A program made the translations under genes and the position numbers. From Escherichia phage vB_EcoM_SA35RD: a DNA stretch of 64,000 bases. Position 1 is the first letter of the stretch, and every line of letters begins with the position of its first letter. Shown here one piece after another: positions 1 through 7,389 of this stretch. The notes beneath the pieces are model-generated. The model was not told the DNA's origin, searched no databases, and worked only from the letters and a program-made list of their open reading frames with translations. The stretch lies in the sequence record OL960577.1; one strand, 5' to 3'.

Positions 1-126
1 GCTTACAAGTTTCTTACGGTCTTTATCGGACAAATCATGAAATGAATGGGCCTTTTTATTTATAGCGGCTTCTAATTTACCTGCACTCACTCGAGCTTCA
101 GTAATAAATTCTTGATATGTTTTCAT
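1..126 (-). CDS. ipIII: internal protein, IPIII-like, N-terminal 42 codons only (3' end off-window)
   Basis: Minus-strand ATG at 126..124; translation MKTYQEFITEARVSAGKLEAAINKKAHSFHDLSDKDRKKLVS resembles T4 IPIII N-terminus as I recall it, with the capsid-targeting sequence MKTYQEFI.E. Confidence 0.6.
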   Translation of the reverse strand, partial: MKTYQEFITEARVSAGKLEAAINKKAHSFHDLSDKDRKKLVS

Positions 127-151
127 TTTGTTCCTATTGTTTTAATTTATG

Positions 152-466
152 TTATTCTTTAGGGAAGTTTTTAGAGTATGCATCATAAAGTTTATTACCA
201 ATACGGCGGAAGACTTTAGCTGCAAAACGGTTTTCAGGGTTTTTAATCATGATTTGCATCATGTAAGTTCCTGCATCCGAAAGAGCTTCTTCATAGTACC
301 CATTAATTTCTTTAAGAGTCCTACGTTTACCACCAGGACCATCAACAGTAATTTTCCATTTACCTGTAGAAGTGCGGCTCGGTGGCTCAACTTGTTCAAT
401 CCAAATATAACCACCTTCAACGCGTTGGTTGGCGGATTCTGCAATAAATTCTTTATACGTTTTCAT
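152..466 (-). CDS. internal-protein-like head protein (CTS-bearing), 104 aa
   Basis: ORF starts MKTYKEFIAE (IP capsid-targeting sequence, gp21-type cleavage after E10); SD AAGGAA upstream; early promoter at 497..526. Confidence 0.6.
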   Translation of the reverse strand: MKTYKEFIAESANQRVEGGYIWIEQVEPPSRTSTGKWKITVDGPGGKRRTLKEINGYYEEALSDAGTYMMQIMIKNPENRFAAKVFRRIGNKLYDAYSKNFPKE

Positions 467-496
467 TTTTGTTTCCTTGTTTGTTTTGATAGAGTA

Positions 497-526
497 ATTA
501 TACCATATTAATACTTAAGCGTAAAC
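497..526 (-). promoter_or_regulatory. early sigma70-type promoter (GTTTAC-18-TATAAT)
   Basis: Minus strand: -35 GTTTAC (521..526), -10 TATAAT (497..502). Confidence 0.55.
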
Positions 527-529
527 AAT

Positions 530-790
530 TTAAGCTTTACCGCCAGAAATAATTCCGAAGTTGTTAAAATCGTATCCAATATCGTCAACATCTACTTTAG
601 GACTTGCTGCAACATAAGCAATTTCACTACGTTTTGCATAGGTGTTGATTTCTTTACCATCGCCACCTAAGAAAGAATACCCATTACGTTTTAATGAGCC
701 AAAGTCTTCCGCATCACCAATGAAAGCTTTAACTTTAAATTTGGGGTCTTTGGCATCTGATTCAGCGATAAATTCTTGATACATTTTCAT
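530..790 (-). CDS. internal-protein-like head protein (CTS-bearing), 86 aa
   Basis: ORF starts MKMYQEFIAE; tightly packed between the previous IP gene and denV. Confidence 0.6.
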   Translation of the reverse strand: MKMYQEFIAESDAKDPKFKVKAFIGDAEDFGSLKRNGYSFLGGDGKEINTYAKRSEIAYVAASPKVDVDDIGYDFNNFGIISGGKA

Positions 791-796
791 TTTTCC

Positions 797-1222
797 TTAG
801 TAAATTGATTTACCATAGTATTTGTACCAAGTCGGACGTTGAGCAATTTTTTCATCTAAGCGTGCTTGACTTATCGCAATGGACGCTTCGGACGGGTCAT
901 AATTATTACGAAATTCGGCAGGGATGTCGGAAATATCCTGGACTGTCGTGTCCTTGATTTTGAAACCACGTTTCAAGCATTCAGCGATTAGCTCGATTTG
1001 ACGTAAACGTAAAAATTCGAGTTTGTCGTAAAAGAATGTTACGTGACCTGTGCCTAAGATAAATGTTGGAGAGATTTTAAAATCCTTTACACGTTTACCG
1101 TTTTGAACATGTTTACGGACTGCACCAAATACGCGTGGTAATTCACGATACTCAGCCATAAGATGTTGGTCGGACAGTTCAGAAACAAGTGTTAAATTGA
1201 TACGAGTCATAATTTCCTCCAA
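797..1222 (-). CDS. denV: endonuclease V, pyrimidine-dimer DNA glycosylase/AP lyase
   Basis: 141 aa; [12 protein letters not shown]...[16 protein letters not shown]...[22 protein letters not shown] is near-identical to T4 endonuclease V as recalled. Confidence 0.9.
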   Translation of the reverse strand: MEEIMTRINLTLVSELSDQHLMAEYRELPRVFGAVRKHVQNGKRVKDFKISPTFILGTGHVTFFYDKLEFLRLRQIELIAECLKRGFKIKDTTVQDISDIPAEFRNNYDPSEASIAISQARLDEKIAQRPTWYKYYGKSIY

Positions 1223-1237
1223 GTAGTTGATGAATGT

Positions 1238-1267
1238 ATAGTATCAAAACCCTTGGAGGAAGTAAAC
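1238..1267 (-). promoter_or_regulatory. early promoter cassette upstream of denV, inside a 9-bp inverted repeat
   Basis: -35 GTTTAC (1262..1267), 18 bp, -10 TACTAT (1238..1243); inverted-repeat arms 1215..1223 and 1252..1260. Confidence 0.5.
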
Positions 1268-1268
1268 A

Positions 1269-1550
1269 CTATTTTTCTGAAGCGCCTGAAATATATTTTT
1301 CAAGACGTTGTTTCATCAGCGAGCCGTTCTTAGCGATTTCTTCTGGTTTATCGCACATACGCAACAAGGCTTCAAGCTTAGCGATATCGCTGGTACGTTC
1401 AAATTTGCGAGTATCTATCTTACTAGCAAGTTCAGAAATACGTGCTAATAGACTTTCAGCTTCAACCAAAGCTGCACCTAGCTTAGTTGCAAATGTGTCA
1501 GTAGCTTCGTTAAGAATAGATTCTGATAAAAATTCACTATATGTTTTCAT
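1269..1550 (-). CDS. internal-protein-like (CTS-bearing), 93 aa
   Basis: Internal ATG at 1550 gives [10 protein letters not shown]; ATG overlaps the lysozyme stop (ATGA); the 1565 start adds a 5-aa extension not compatible with a CTS. Confidence 0.55.
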   Translation of the reverse strand: MKTYSEFLSESILNEATDTFATKLGAALVEAESLLARISELASKIDTRKFERTSDIAKLEALLRMCDKPEEIAKNGSLMKQRLEKYISGASEK

Positions 1551-2035
1551 ATATACGCTTTCCAAGTTCCTGTTTTAAATGTTGAGATTACGCGTTTCGC
1601 GCGATTAGGTGTCTGACGATACCATTTAGATTGAGCTAGATTTACTGCCGCTTCATCCCAACGTTTCTGTTTAAGCATACGAAGAGAATTAGTAAAACCG
1701 GCGACTCCTGCTACACCCATTTGGAAGACCATATTGACCAATGCACACCGACGAACTGCATCTAAAGAATCATATACCGGTTTAAGTTTAGCATTACCCA
1801 AGATTCCGCGAACGGCTTTATCAACGTCTTCATTAAATAGCTTTTCAGCCTCATCAAGGGTAATTGTACCGTTGCATTTACGACCGATCATTCTGTCAAG
1901 TTCAGCTTTAGCTACGGCTAAAGACGGGTTCTTTGTTACCAAGTGGCCTATGCCAATCGTCCAAAAGCCTTCAGTGTCTTTGTATAAAGTCAGTCTAAGA
2001 CCTTCGTCATTACGAAGCATTTCAAATATATTCAT
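1547..2035 (-). CDS. e: lysozyme (endolysin), T4 gene e homolog
   Basis: [32 protein letters not shown]... aligns along full length with T4 lysozyme; ATG at 2035 with SD GGGAGG; the track's 2047 start is GTG. Confidence 0.95.
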   Translation of the reverse strand: MNIFEMLRNDEGLRLTLYKDTEGFWTIGIGHLVTKNPSLAVAKAELDRMIGRKCNGTITLDEAEKLFNEDVDKAVRGILGNAKLKPVYDSLDAVRRCALVNMVFQMGVAGVAGFTNSLRMLKQKRWDEAAVNLAQSKWYRQTPNRAKRVISTFKTGTWKAYI

Positions 2036-2059
2036 AATACCTCCCACGTTTATAGGAGA

Positions 2060-2067
2060 TATTTATT
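2060..2067 (-). promoter_or_regulatory. possible variant late promoter (AATAAATA) at the gene e RBS hairpin
   Basis: Minus strand reads GTAATAAATATCTCCTATAAACGTGGGAGGTATTATG; one mismatch to TATAAATA; a transcript start here would fall inside the 5' arm of the SD-sequestering hairpin. Confidence 0.3.
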
Positions 2068-2069
2068 AC

Positions 2070-2528
2070 TTATAGGATAGTAGTGAGCACCTTATATAAT
2101 GATTTGCCCATCACATATTCCCATTGAGAAGGTTTAATTAAAGCGAACGCATCAAATTCAGGAATCTGTCGTCCGTCTGGGAATGTATGATAGGAATTAC
2201 AAGCACTGTTTCTGAATTGCTCGTGCTCTACAGGGATGGTATATAGGAACAGATGAATATTCTTATTGTCTGAGTAATGATGTTCACCTAGGTCTTTCAG
2301 GAAGGCAGGGTCATATTGTGTAAACCCAGTTTCTTCTTCGCATTCGCGAATAGCGGCTTCAATAGGAGATTCACCGGGCTCGACACGTCCTTTAGGAATA
2401 TCCCAGCGATGAGCTAAAGAACCTTTAGGACGAGAACCAGTTACACGCCCCATGAATAATTCTTTATCTTCGGTAAGGAAAATAATACCGGCTGATAGTT
2501 CTTTCACTTTATTTTTCTTACTCATCAT
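2070..2528 (-). CDS. nudE: Nudix hydrolase (NudE/e.1-like)
   Basis: 152 aa; Nudix box GRVEPGESPIEAAIRECEEETG; position immediately upstream of e as in T4. Confidence 0.85.
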   Translation of the reverse strand: MMSKKNKVKELSAGIIFLTEDKELFMGRVTGSRPKGSLAHRWDIPKGRVEPGESPIEAAIRECEEETGFTQYDPAFLKDLGEHHYSDNKNIHLFLYTIPVEHEQFRNSACNSYHTFPDGRQIPEFDAFALIKPSQWEYVMGKSLYKVLTTIL

Positions 2529-2754
2529 CTCGGTCCCATGATTTGGCCATTAATTCGGACATAAATTCTTCAATGCGCGTTTCTTTAGATGGACTTTCAC
2601 TATTAGAGACCGCAAGTTTGTAATCTGCAATAGGACAGAACATATCAAGATCCGTATTAAGGTCGTCTTTGATTTTTTCTTCTGACACATCTTTATCGTA
2701 TGTGTACAGATAACTATCACATGATTCTGATTTAATGTAAATTGCTATACTCAT
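2518..2754 (-). CDS. hypothetical small acidic protein
   Basis: ORF; start chosen at ATG 2754 (MSIAIY), which overlaps the stop of the upstream gene as ATGA. Confidence 0.5.
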   Translation of the reverse strand: MSIAIYIKSESCDSYLYTYDKDVSEEKIKDDLNTDLDMFCPIADYKLAVSNSESPSKETRIEEFMSELMAKSWDRDDE

Positions 2755-3242
2755 CTCAAATTCCTGCATTCAGTAATAAAACATTCAACTTCGTTATTCT
2801 TGGCCTTTATCTTGTCTTTACGTTCCTGTAAACTACTTTTAACAAGATTAATAATGATGCCTACAGTACCTCCACCAATTATACCGCCAATTATACTTAC
2901 GATAGCAGATGCTAATAAGATAGCAATAATATCAACAAAACCGAAAGAACTCACCTTAGTACTAAAAAACCATACCGACGGTACAAATATAATCCATCCT
3001 GTTATCCATTGGCACTTATTGAAAAACTTTTCAAGATCAGCTTGAGTTGTTCGTATTACTTCATCGATAGGTTGATATCCATTAATGTATCTGTTCACGA
3101 TAATACCTGCTGGTTTGTCGATTTTAAATTCTTGGCAAATACGTTTCACTAAGTAGGATGGACATCCTGTCCAATCCACTGAATAGTACGAAATACCTTC
3201 ATTGCCGTCGTCAATATTAGACCAATATGTTTTGTTAATCAT
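2751..3242 (-). CDS. small membrane protein, FIxECR-tail family
   Basis: 163 aa; hydrophobic segments WIIFVPSVWFF and IIAILLASAIVSIIGGIIGGGTVGIII; C-terminus ECFITECRNLR. Confidence 0.6.
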   Translation of the reverse strand: MINKTYWSNIDDGNEGISYYSVDWTGCPSYLVKRICQEFKIDKPAGIIVNRYINGYQPIDEVIRTTQADLEKFFNKCQWITGWIIFVPSVWFFSTKVSSFGFVDIIAILLASAIVSIIGGIIGGGTVGIIINLVKSSLQERKDKIKAKNNEVECFITECRNLR

Positions 3243-3928
3243 TACCAGCCTTCCATAGGGAATTCCAGATAAACTTGGGCATTGACGCGAATTTCATTGG
3301 TAATCTTTTTAACTCGGTCTGTATTACGAGATACACGTCCGAACCAACGCCATCCATTACTAATTGCACGAGAACCAGTGTGCCATGTTTGCCAATCAAA
3401 CTGAAGAAGAGTACGGTCTGGAGCTTCCCATTTCTCTAGTTCGCCTTTTTCGATTTTTTCGAGGACTTCTTTGTGCCACTGGCGATAGATAAGTTCGCCA
3501 TCAGGAATCTGACTGAACTCTGCAGTTCCTGTTGCAAAATGAGTAGGACACACATCAGCGTTAACAAGACCAAGAATATGTTCAGACAAATAGCGAGGAT
3601 TGTCATAGTCAGGTTGTCCTGCAGTAATAAAATGTTGACCAACCGGAATATCCGGGCGTGGTACGTCATCATGGTGATAACCTGGGATAGCAGGATACCA
3701 ACCAGGCATCAGCATGTGGACTCGTGAATCAAATACAACCTGGTCGGTGTTCCAATCATCTGGCAAGTTCATAATGAAAGAGCGAGTAATAGGACCGCCG
3801 TTATTATAAGCAAATTCTAAACTACAGTTGAAGAACATAGGCTCGTTCTTGATTTTATCATTAGAAATACCGCCGGCAAAACCACCTACTGCACGAGCTT
3901 GACTATTAAACACTTTAGAACTATTCAT
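3242..3928 (-). CDS. hypothetical protein, 228 aa
   Basis: Long ORF with SD GAGGAAAA; no confidently recognised domain. Confidence 0.6.
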   Translation of the reverse strand: MNSSKVFNSQARAVGGFAGGISNDKIKNEPMFFNCSLEFAYNNGGPITRSFIMNLPDDWNTDQVVFDSRVHMLMPGWYPAIPGYHHDDVPRPDIPVGQHFITAGQPDYDNPRYLSEHILGLVNADVCPTHFATGTAEFSQIPDGELIYRQWHKEVLEKIEKGELEKWEAPDRTLLQFDWQTWHTGSRAISNGWRWFGRVSRNTDRVKKITNEIRVNAQVYLEFPMEGW

Positions 3929-3929
3929 A

Positions 3930-4235
3930 TTATTTTCCTCGACATTCTTTAATGAAATTTTCTAGATTGGTAGATTCAATAGCTTTTTTACGAGCTTCTG
4001 CGTGTTCTTCTTCGGACAATTTACGTTTATAATTGACCCAGACATTATGGTCGAAACCAGTCGTGGCATATAATAACAATGCTCCAACGAATAGCAAAAA
4101 CGGCGATAAGAATACAAAACCAGGAACACCATCCATATCGTAAGCCTTTTGTAATACTGCAACAGAAAGAGTTGCGTAAAAAGGTGATGCAAGTATTGTT
4201 AAAAGACCAATTCGATTGGTTTCTGTTAATTTCAT
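3930..4235 (-). CDS. small membrane protein, FIxECR-tail family
   Basis: 101 aa; two hydrophobic helices; C-terminus ENFIKECRGK; SD GAGGAG; early promoter at 4267..4296. Confidence 0.6.
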   Translation of the reverse strand: MKLTETNRIGLLTILASPFYATLSVAVLQKAYDMDGVPGFVFLSPFLLFVGALLLYATTGFDHNVWVNYKRKLSEEEHAEARKKAIESTNLENFIKECRGK

Positions 4236-4266
4236 AATATTCTCCTCATGTTTTAATAGGACTACT

Positions 4267-4296
4267 ACTATAACATAGTCCTATCAGTTTGTACAC
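4267..4296 (-). promoter_or_regulatory. early promoter cassette with palindrome around the -10 (PeSL-like)
   Basis: -35 GTGTAC, 18 bp, -10 TATAGT; 8-bp inverted repeat ATAGGACT/AGTCCTAT (4257..4264 and 4278..4285). Confidence 0.5.
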
Positions 4297-4497
4297 TTAT
4301 TTTGACATTTCTTCGATGTCACGACGATACCCATCACGAACTTCACGAAGAGCTTCAAGGCCACACATAGGCTCGATACCAGTAATGTGAACTTGATTAA
4401 TCTGATACTCTACATCTTCTAACTGAGCGAAAACATAACGACGTTCTGCTGCACAACCAGGTTTAGCTTTACCGAAACGTTTATTCAAAGTAGTCAT
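4297..4497 (-). CDS. hypothetical small protein
   Basis: Start at ATG 4497 (MTTLNKRFGK) with SD GGAG, downstream of early promoter 4536..4565. Confidence 0.45.
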   Translation of the reverse strand: MTTLNKRFGKAKPGCAAERRYVFAQLEDVEYQINQVHITGIEPMCGLEALREVRDGYRRDIEEMSK

Positions 4498-4535
4498 TTT
4501 TATATCTCCATTCACTCATTTGTTTTGATAGGTCT

Positions 4536-4565
4536 ATAGTATCAACAACTACAGACCTTGTAAAC
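4536..4565 (-). promoter_or_regulatory. early promoter cassette (PeSL-like)
   Basis: -35 GTTTAC, 18 bp, -10 TACTAT; flanking inverted repeat AGGTCT/AGACCT. Confidence 0.5.
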
Positions 4566-4577
4566 TGTTTTGTGAAA

Positions 4578-5534
4578 TTATTTGAAAGGTTTTACCATAT
4601 GAAAGTTTTGTTTGAAACGCTTGACGTAATCGTCGTGTCCTAAGCTTTGGTACATACTTACTACTTTGCTATAATTTTCCCAAGCGAACTCACGGAACCA
4701 TCCTGATGTGATTGATGTACAGACCTTTTCAAGGGCCATCATAAAACTATCACGTGGATGGATTTTAAAGTCGTTAGGAATCTGAGAACGTTCTAATGCT
4801 AGTACACATGATTCTTCATATACACCGGCCAATTTGACCATTTCTGGTAATGATTCGAACTTCTCGCGTGAGGTCATGACTTCAGAACCATCTTTCATGT
4901 AAAATGTATAAGCCGGACGGTCTGTTAGTGCAATAGCTTCGTGAATAGTATCATGGTCATATGTATAGATGTCATCTTTAAAGAACGCACTTTTAGAAGT
5001 GTCAAGAACAGGGTGAGCATAGTTCAAGGTTTCTTTCTGGCGTTTCAGCATAATTTCAGTAAGTTCATCGTTCAGTTTAACACCTTTACCACGAAGATAC
5101 TGAATATGGTTCATAGTCTTTAAAAAGAATGGATTATTTTTCTTGAAACGATGAGACATCTTAATTGCAAGACATATCTCAGGAGTTGCCCAGTAAAACC
5201 CGTTCAAACGGTCTTTAGTCAAATTTTTCTTGGCGTATTTTAAAAGGTCATAAGAAGACGTGAAATCTTCAGGAGTGAGTTCACCGACTAATTCACGGAC
5301 ACTAGTGATTGCCGGAACAATATATGCTTCAAAATGAGTTTCGCGTCCATTATGGAAGCATTTGAAAACTTGGACATCAGGGTTATCTTGGTGAACATAT
5401 ACACCCATCATTTGATTTTTGAATGCATTCCAAGAACCTTGGTCCGCAATAAAGTCCCAATCACTATTTTTAATAGCGCTAGAATCAATAAGACCGTGAT
5501 AGTGAAGTGCACGAGAACCAATAACTAACATCAT
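4578..5534 (-). CDS. hypothetical protein, possible nucleotidyltransferase fold
   Basis: 318 aa; N-terminal LVIGSRALHYHG...DWDF resembles the GS...DxD motif of Pol-beta-type nucleotidyltransferases (ANT-like); fold call is tentative. Confidence 0.65.
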   Translation of the reverse strand: MMLVIGSRALHYHGLIDSSAIKNSDWDFIADQGSWNAFKNQMMGVYVHQDNPDVQVFKCFHNGRETHFEAYIVPAITSVRELVGELTPEDFTSSYDLLKYAKKNLTKDRLNGFYWATPEICLAIKMSHRFKKNNPFFLKTMNHIQYLRGKGVKLNDELTEIMLKRQKETLNYAHPVLDTSKSAFFKDDIYTYDHDTIHEAIALTDRPAYTFYMKDGSEVMTSREKFESLPEMVKLAGVYEESCVLALERSQIPNDFKIHPRDSFMMALEKVCTSITSGWFREFAWENYSKVVSMYQSLGHDDYVKRFKQNFHMVKPFK

Positions 5535-5562
5535 AATATTTTCCTCGGATTAATTCATTAAC

Positions 5563-5802
5563 TTAAATTTCACGACATGCGATATTATATTCATCCCAGA
5601 GGTCATCATGTGAAGCCTCTACCAATGGAACGATTGTACCGTTTATGTCTTCATTATAAGGGCAAATTGTACAGTGCGCATCTTCGAATCGGATGCCTTT
5701 GTGTTCAGATTTTTTATAACGCATATCGAATATCTTTGCAAACTTTTCACGAGTAATGGTTTTACCAACCACTTTGGTTCCGATACTTTCGTAATAAATC
5801 AT
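5563..5802 (-). CDS. hypothetical small protein
   Basis: Start at ATG 5802 (MIYYES), which has SD GGAG; ends ...NIACREI; early promoter at 5831..5860. Confidence 0.5.
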   Translation of the reverse strand: MIYYESIGTKVVGKTITREKFAKIFDMRYKKSEHKGIRFEDAHCTICPYNEDINGTIVPLVEASHDDLWDEYNIACREI

Positions 5803-5830
5803 TGTGGACTCCATTTGTTTTGATAGGACT

Positions 5831-5860
5831 ACTATAACATAGCCCTATCTTGTTGTAAAC
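5831..5860 (-). promoter_or_regulatory. early promoter cassette (PeSL-like)
   Basis: -35 GTTTAC, 18 bp, -10 TATAGT; inverted repeat GATAGGGCT/AGTCCTATC around the -10. Confidence 0.5.
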
Positions 5861-5864
5861 TGTT

Positions 5865-6062
5865 TTAGCAAGAATAACTAGATGATACCCAGCCTTGAAC
5901 AGTGATACTATTGTGGGATAATGAGATCGCGTCCTGGAGATTCAGACCTGCGTTATCTTCAATCCATAATGTAACTTCTTCGCGTTCTTCTGTTGCAATT
6001 TGGAACAGGTTTTCCAGAGCAGCTACTGCCGTACGTACAGCACAATCTAATTCACGAGACAT
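5865..6062 (-). CDS. small protein, GWVSSS..C-tail family
   Basis: 65 aa; C-terminus QGWVSSSYSC; SD AAGGAA. Confidence 0.55.
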   Translation of the reverse strand: MSRELDCAVRTAVAALENLFQIATEEREEVTLWIEDNAGLNLQDAISLSHNSITVQGWVSSSYSC

Positions 6063-6071
6063 ATTGTTTCC

Positions 6072-6344
6072 TTAGCAAGTGTGAGAAGATGCGACCCAAC
6101 CACCAGTTTCGAGGCTCAGGTTGTAGTCGTATTGGTAAACGTCAGCCCATTCAGCATAGCCATTTTTTGTACAACGTTCAAGATCGGCTTTAAGATGTCC
6201 GGGTGAATGATAGGTTCCACCCATACCGTAAGCTGGATACAAGTCGAATGTTGTGTTTTGTTTATCAGCAATTTCTTTGGCAGCCTCAATAGCTGCATAG
6301 ATTTTTGCTACAGCTTCAGCCAGTTCGGTTTGTTCTTTAGACAT
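6072..6344 (-). CDS. small protein, GWVSSS..C-tail family
   Basis: 90 aa; C-terminus GGWVASSHTC; shares KEIAD...YG.GGTYH core with the next paralog. Confidence 0.6.
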   Translation of the reverse strand: MSKEQTELAEAVAKIYAAIEAAKEIADKQNTTFDLYPAYGMGGTYHSPGHLKADLERCTKNGYAEWADVYQYDYNLSLETGGWVASSHTC

Positions 6345-6353
6345 AATGATTCC

Positions 6354-6659
6354 TTAGCACAACGCAGAAGACGAAACCCAAGCACCTTCAGTAATAACGT
6401 AACCATTACCTTCACGCTTAACATCGCCACCATTATTTTCAATTTCATCTTTCATCCACTGGGATACGATTTCACCCTTAGGATAATAAGTACGACCGCT
6501 ACCATAATCACCTACAGAAAATGATACGGCATATTGGTCTGCGATCTTTGTTGCTTCTTCTTCGATACGTTCAGCTTGATTCAGAAGTTTATAAATTGCA
6601 TCTGAAGCGGATTTGGCATTATTAAACTCTGGTACTTTAATTTCAATAATCTTACTCAT
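6354..6659 (-). CDS. small protein, GWVSSS..C-tail family
   Basis: 101 aa; C-terminus GAWVSSSALC; ATG overlaps the upstream stop (ATGA). Confidence 0.6.
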   Translation of the reverse strand: MSKIIEIKVPEFNNAKSASDAIYKLLNQAERIEEEATKIADQYAVSFSVGDYGSGRTYYPKGEIVSQWMKDEIENNGGDVKREGNGYVITEGAWVSSSALC

Positions 6660-7015
6660 TTTCTACATTCCTTAATAAAGTTTTCGATTGTTTCATTTTC
6701 ACGTCTAGCTAGGAGTTCATTATAACTAATCATTTGAGAAGCGTAAACCTTTTTATTTTTCTTGTTATGGTTTATAAAATCGTAGTAAAAATAGACTACA
6801 GTACAAAATGATGCGATGGATGCAAAGGCTTGGGTATACCGTAAGTCCTGCCATTGGTCTGTGAATCCACCAGTGTTCCCTATAAATCCTAACACAACGC
6901 CGTCAATAAGAAATCCAACTAATCCAAAGGCAAATCCCATGCCAATACTCATAATAAAAATTAGAATGTTCTCACCAAGAGAAGGCCATACGGTTAAGAG
7001 TTGAGGCTTTTGCAT
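6656..7015 (-). CDS. small membrane protein, FIxECR-tail family
   Basis: 119 aa; hydrophobic helices; C-terminus IENFIKECRK. Confidence 0.6.
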   Translation of the reverse strand: MQKPQLLTVWPSLGENILIFIMSIGMGFAFGLVGFLIDGVVLGFIGNTGGFTDQWQDLRYTQAFASIASFCTVVYFYYDFINHNKKNKKVYASQMISYNELLARRENETIENFIKECRK

Positions 7016-7389
7016 CTTATTTCCTTAACGAATTCCATAGCTTCTTCATATTCATACTTTTTAATAGCTTCATCATACTGAGCTTGGGCTTTTGCGCACT
7101 GAACTTTCCATTCTCTTAATCGGGCTCTGTGATGACGGCCTTGGTGCCAATATCCCACCCAATTAATAGGCATTAATAAAAACGGTACAATAAGTGGTGC
7201 GACGAACATTAATGAAAATGCTGCATCAGACGATATAACTTCACTAGAATCTAAAACAGCTCCTATAATCATAAAGATTAAAAATGCTAAAGCTAAAATA
7301 GGGCCAAATAGTACTTCATTTGGGATTAATTTACGCTTGTATTCATACGCCCAGGGCTTACTTGGCATGTATAGGGTTGGCTTTGACAT
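6994..7389 (-). CDS. small membrane protein, FIxECR-like tail
   Basis: Start at ATG 7389 (MSKPTLY) directly after the conserved GAATGTAGAGAAT junction motif; two hydrophobic helices; tail MEFVKEIRCK. Confidence 0.55.
   Translation of the reverse strand: MSKPTLYMPSKPWAYEYKRKLIPNEVLFGPILALAFLIFMIIGAVLDSSEVISSDAAFSLMFVAPLIVPFLLMPINWVGYWHQGRHHRARLREWKVQCAKAQAQYDEAIKKYEYEEAMEFVKEIRCKSLNS

Noticed and set aside
1547-2047. Lysozyme start at 2047 as given in the ORF track (MGGIMNIF...)
   Set aside because: The codon at 2047 is GTG and overlaps the SD; the ATG at 2035 gives the canonical MNIFEML N-terminus.
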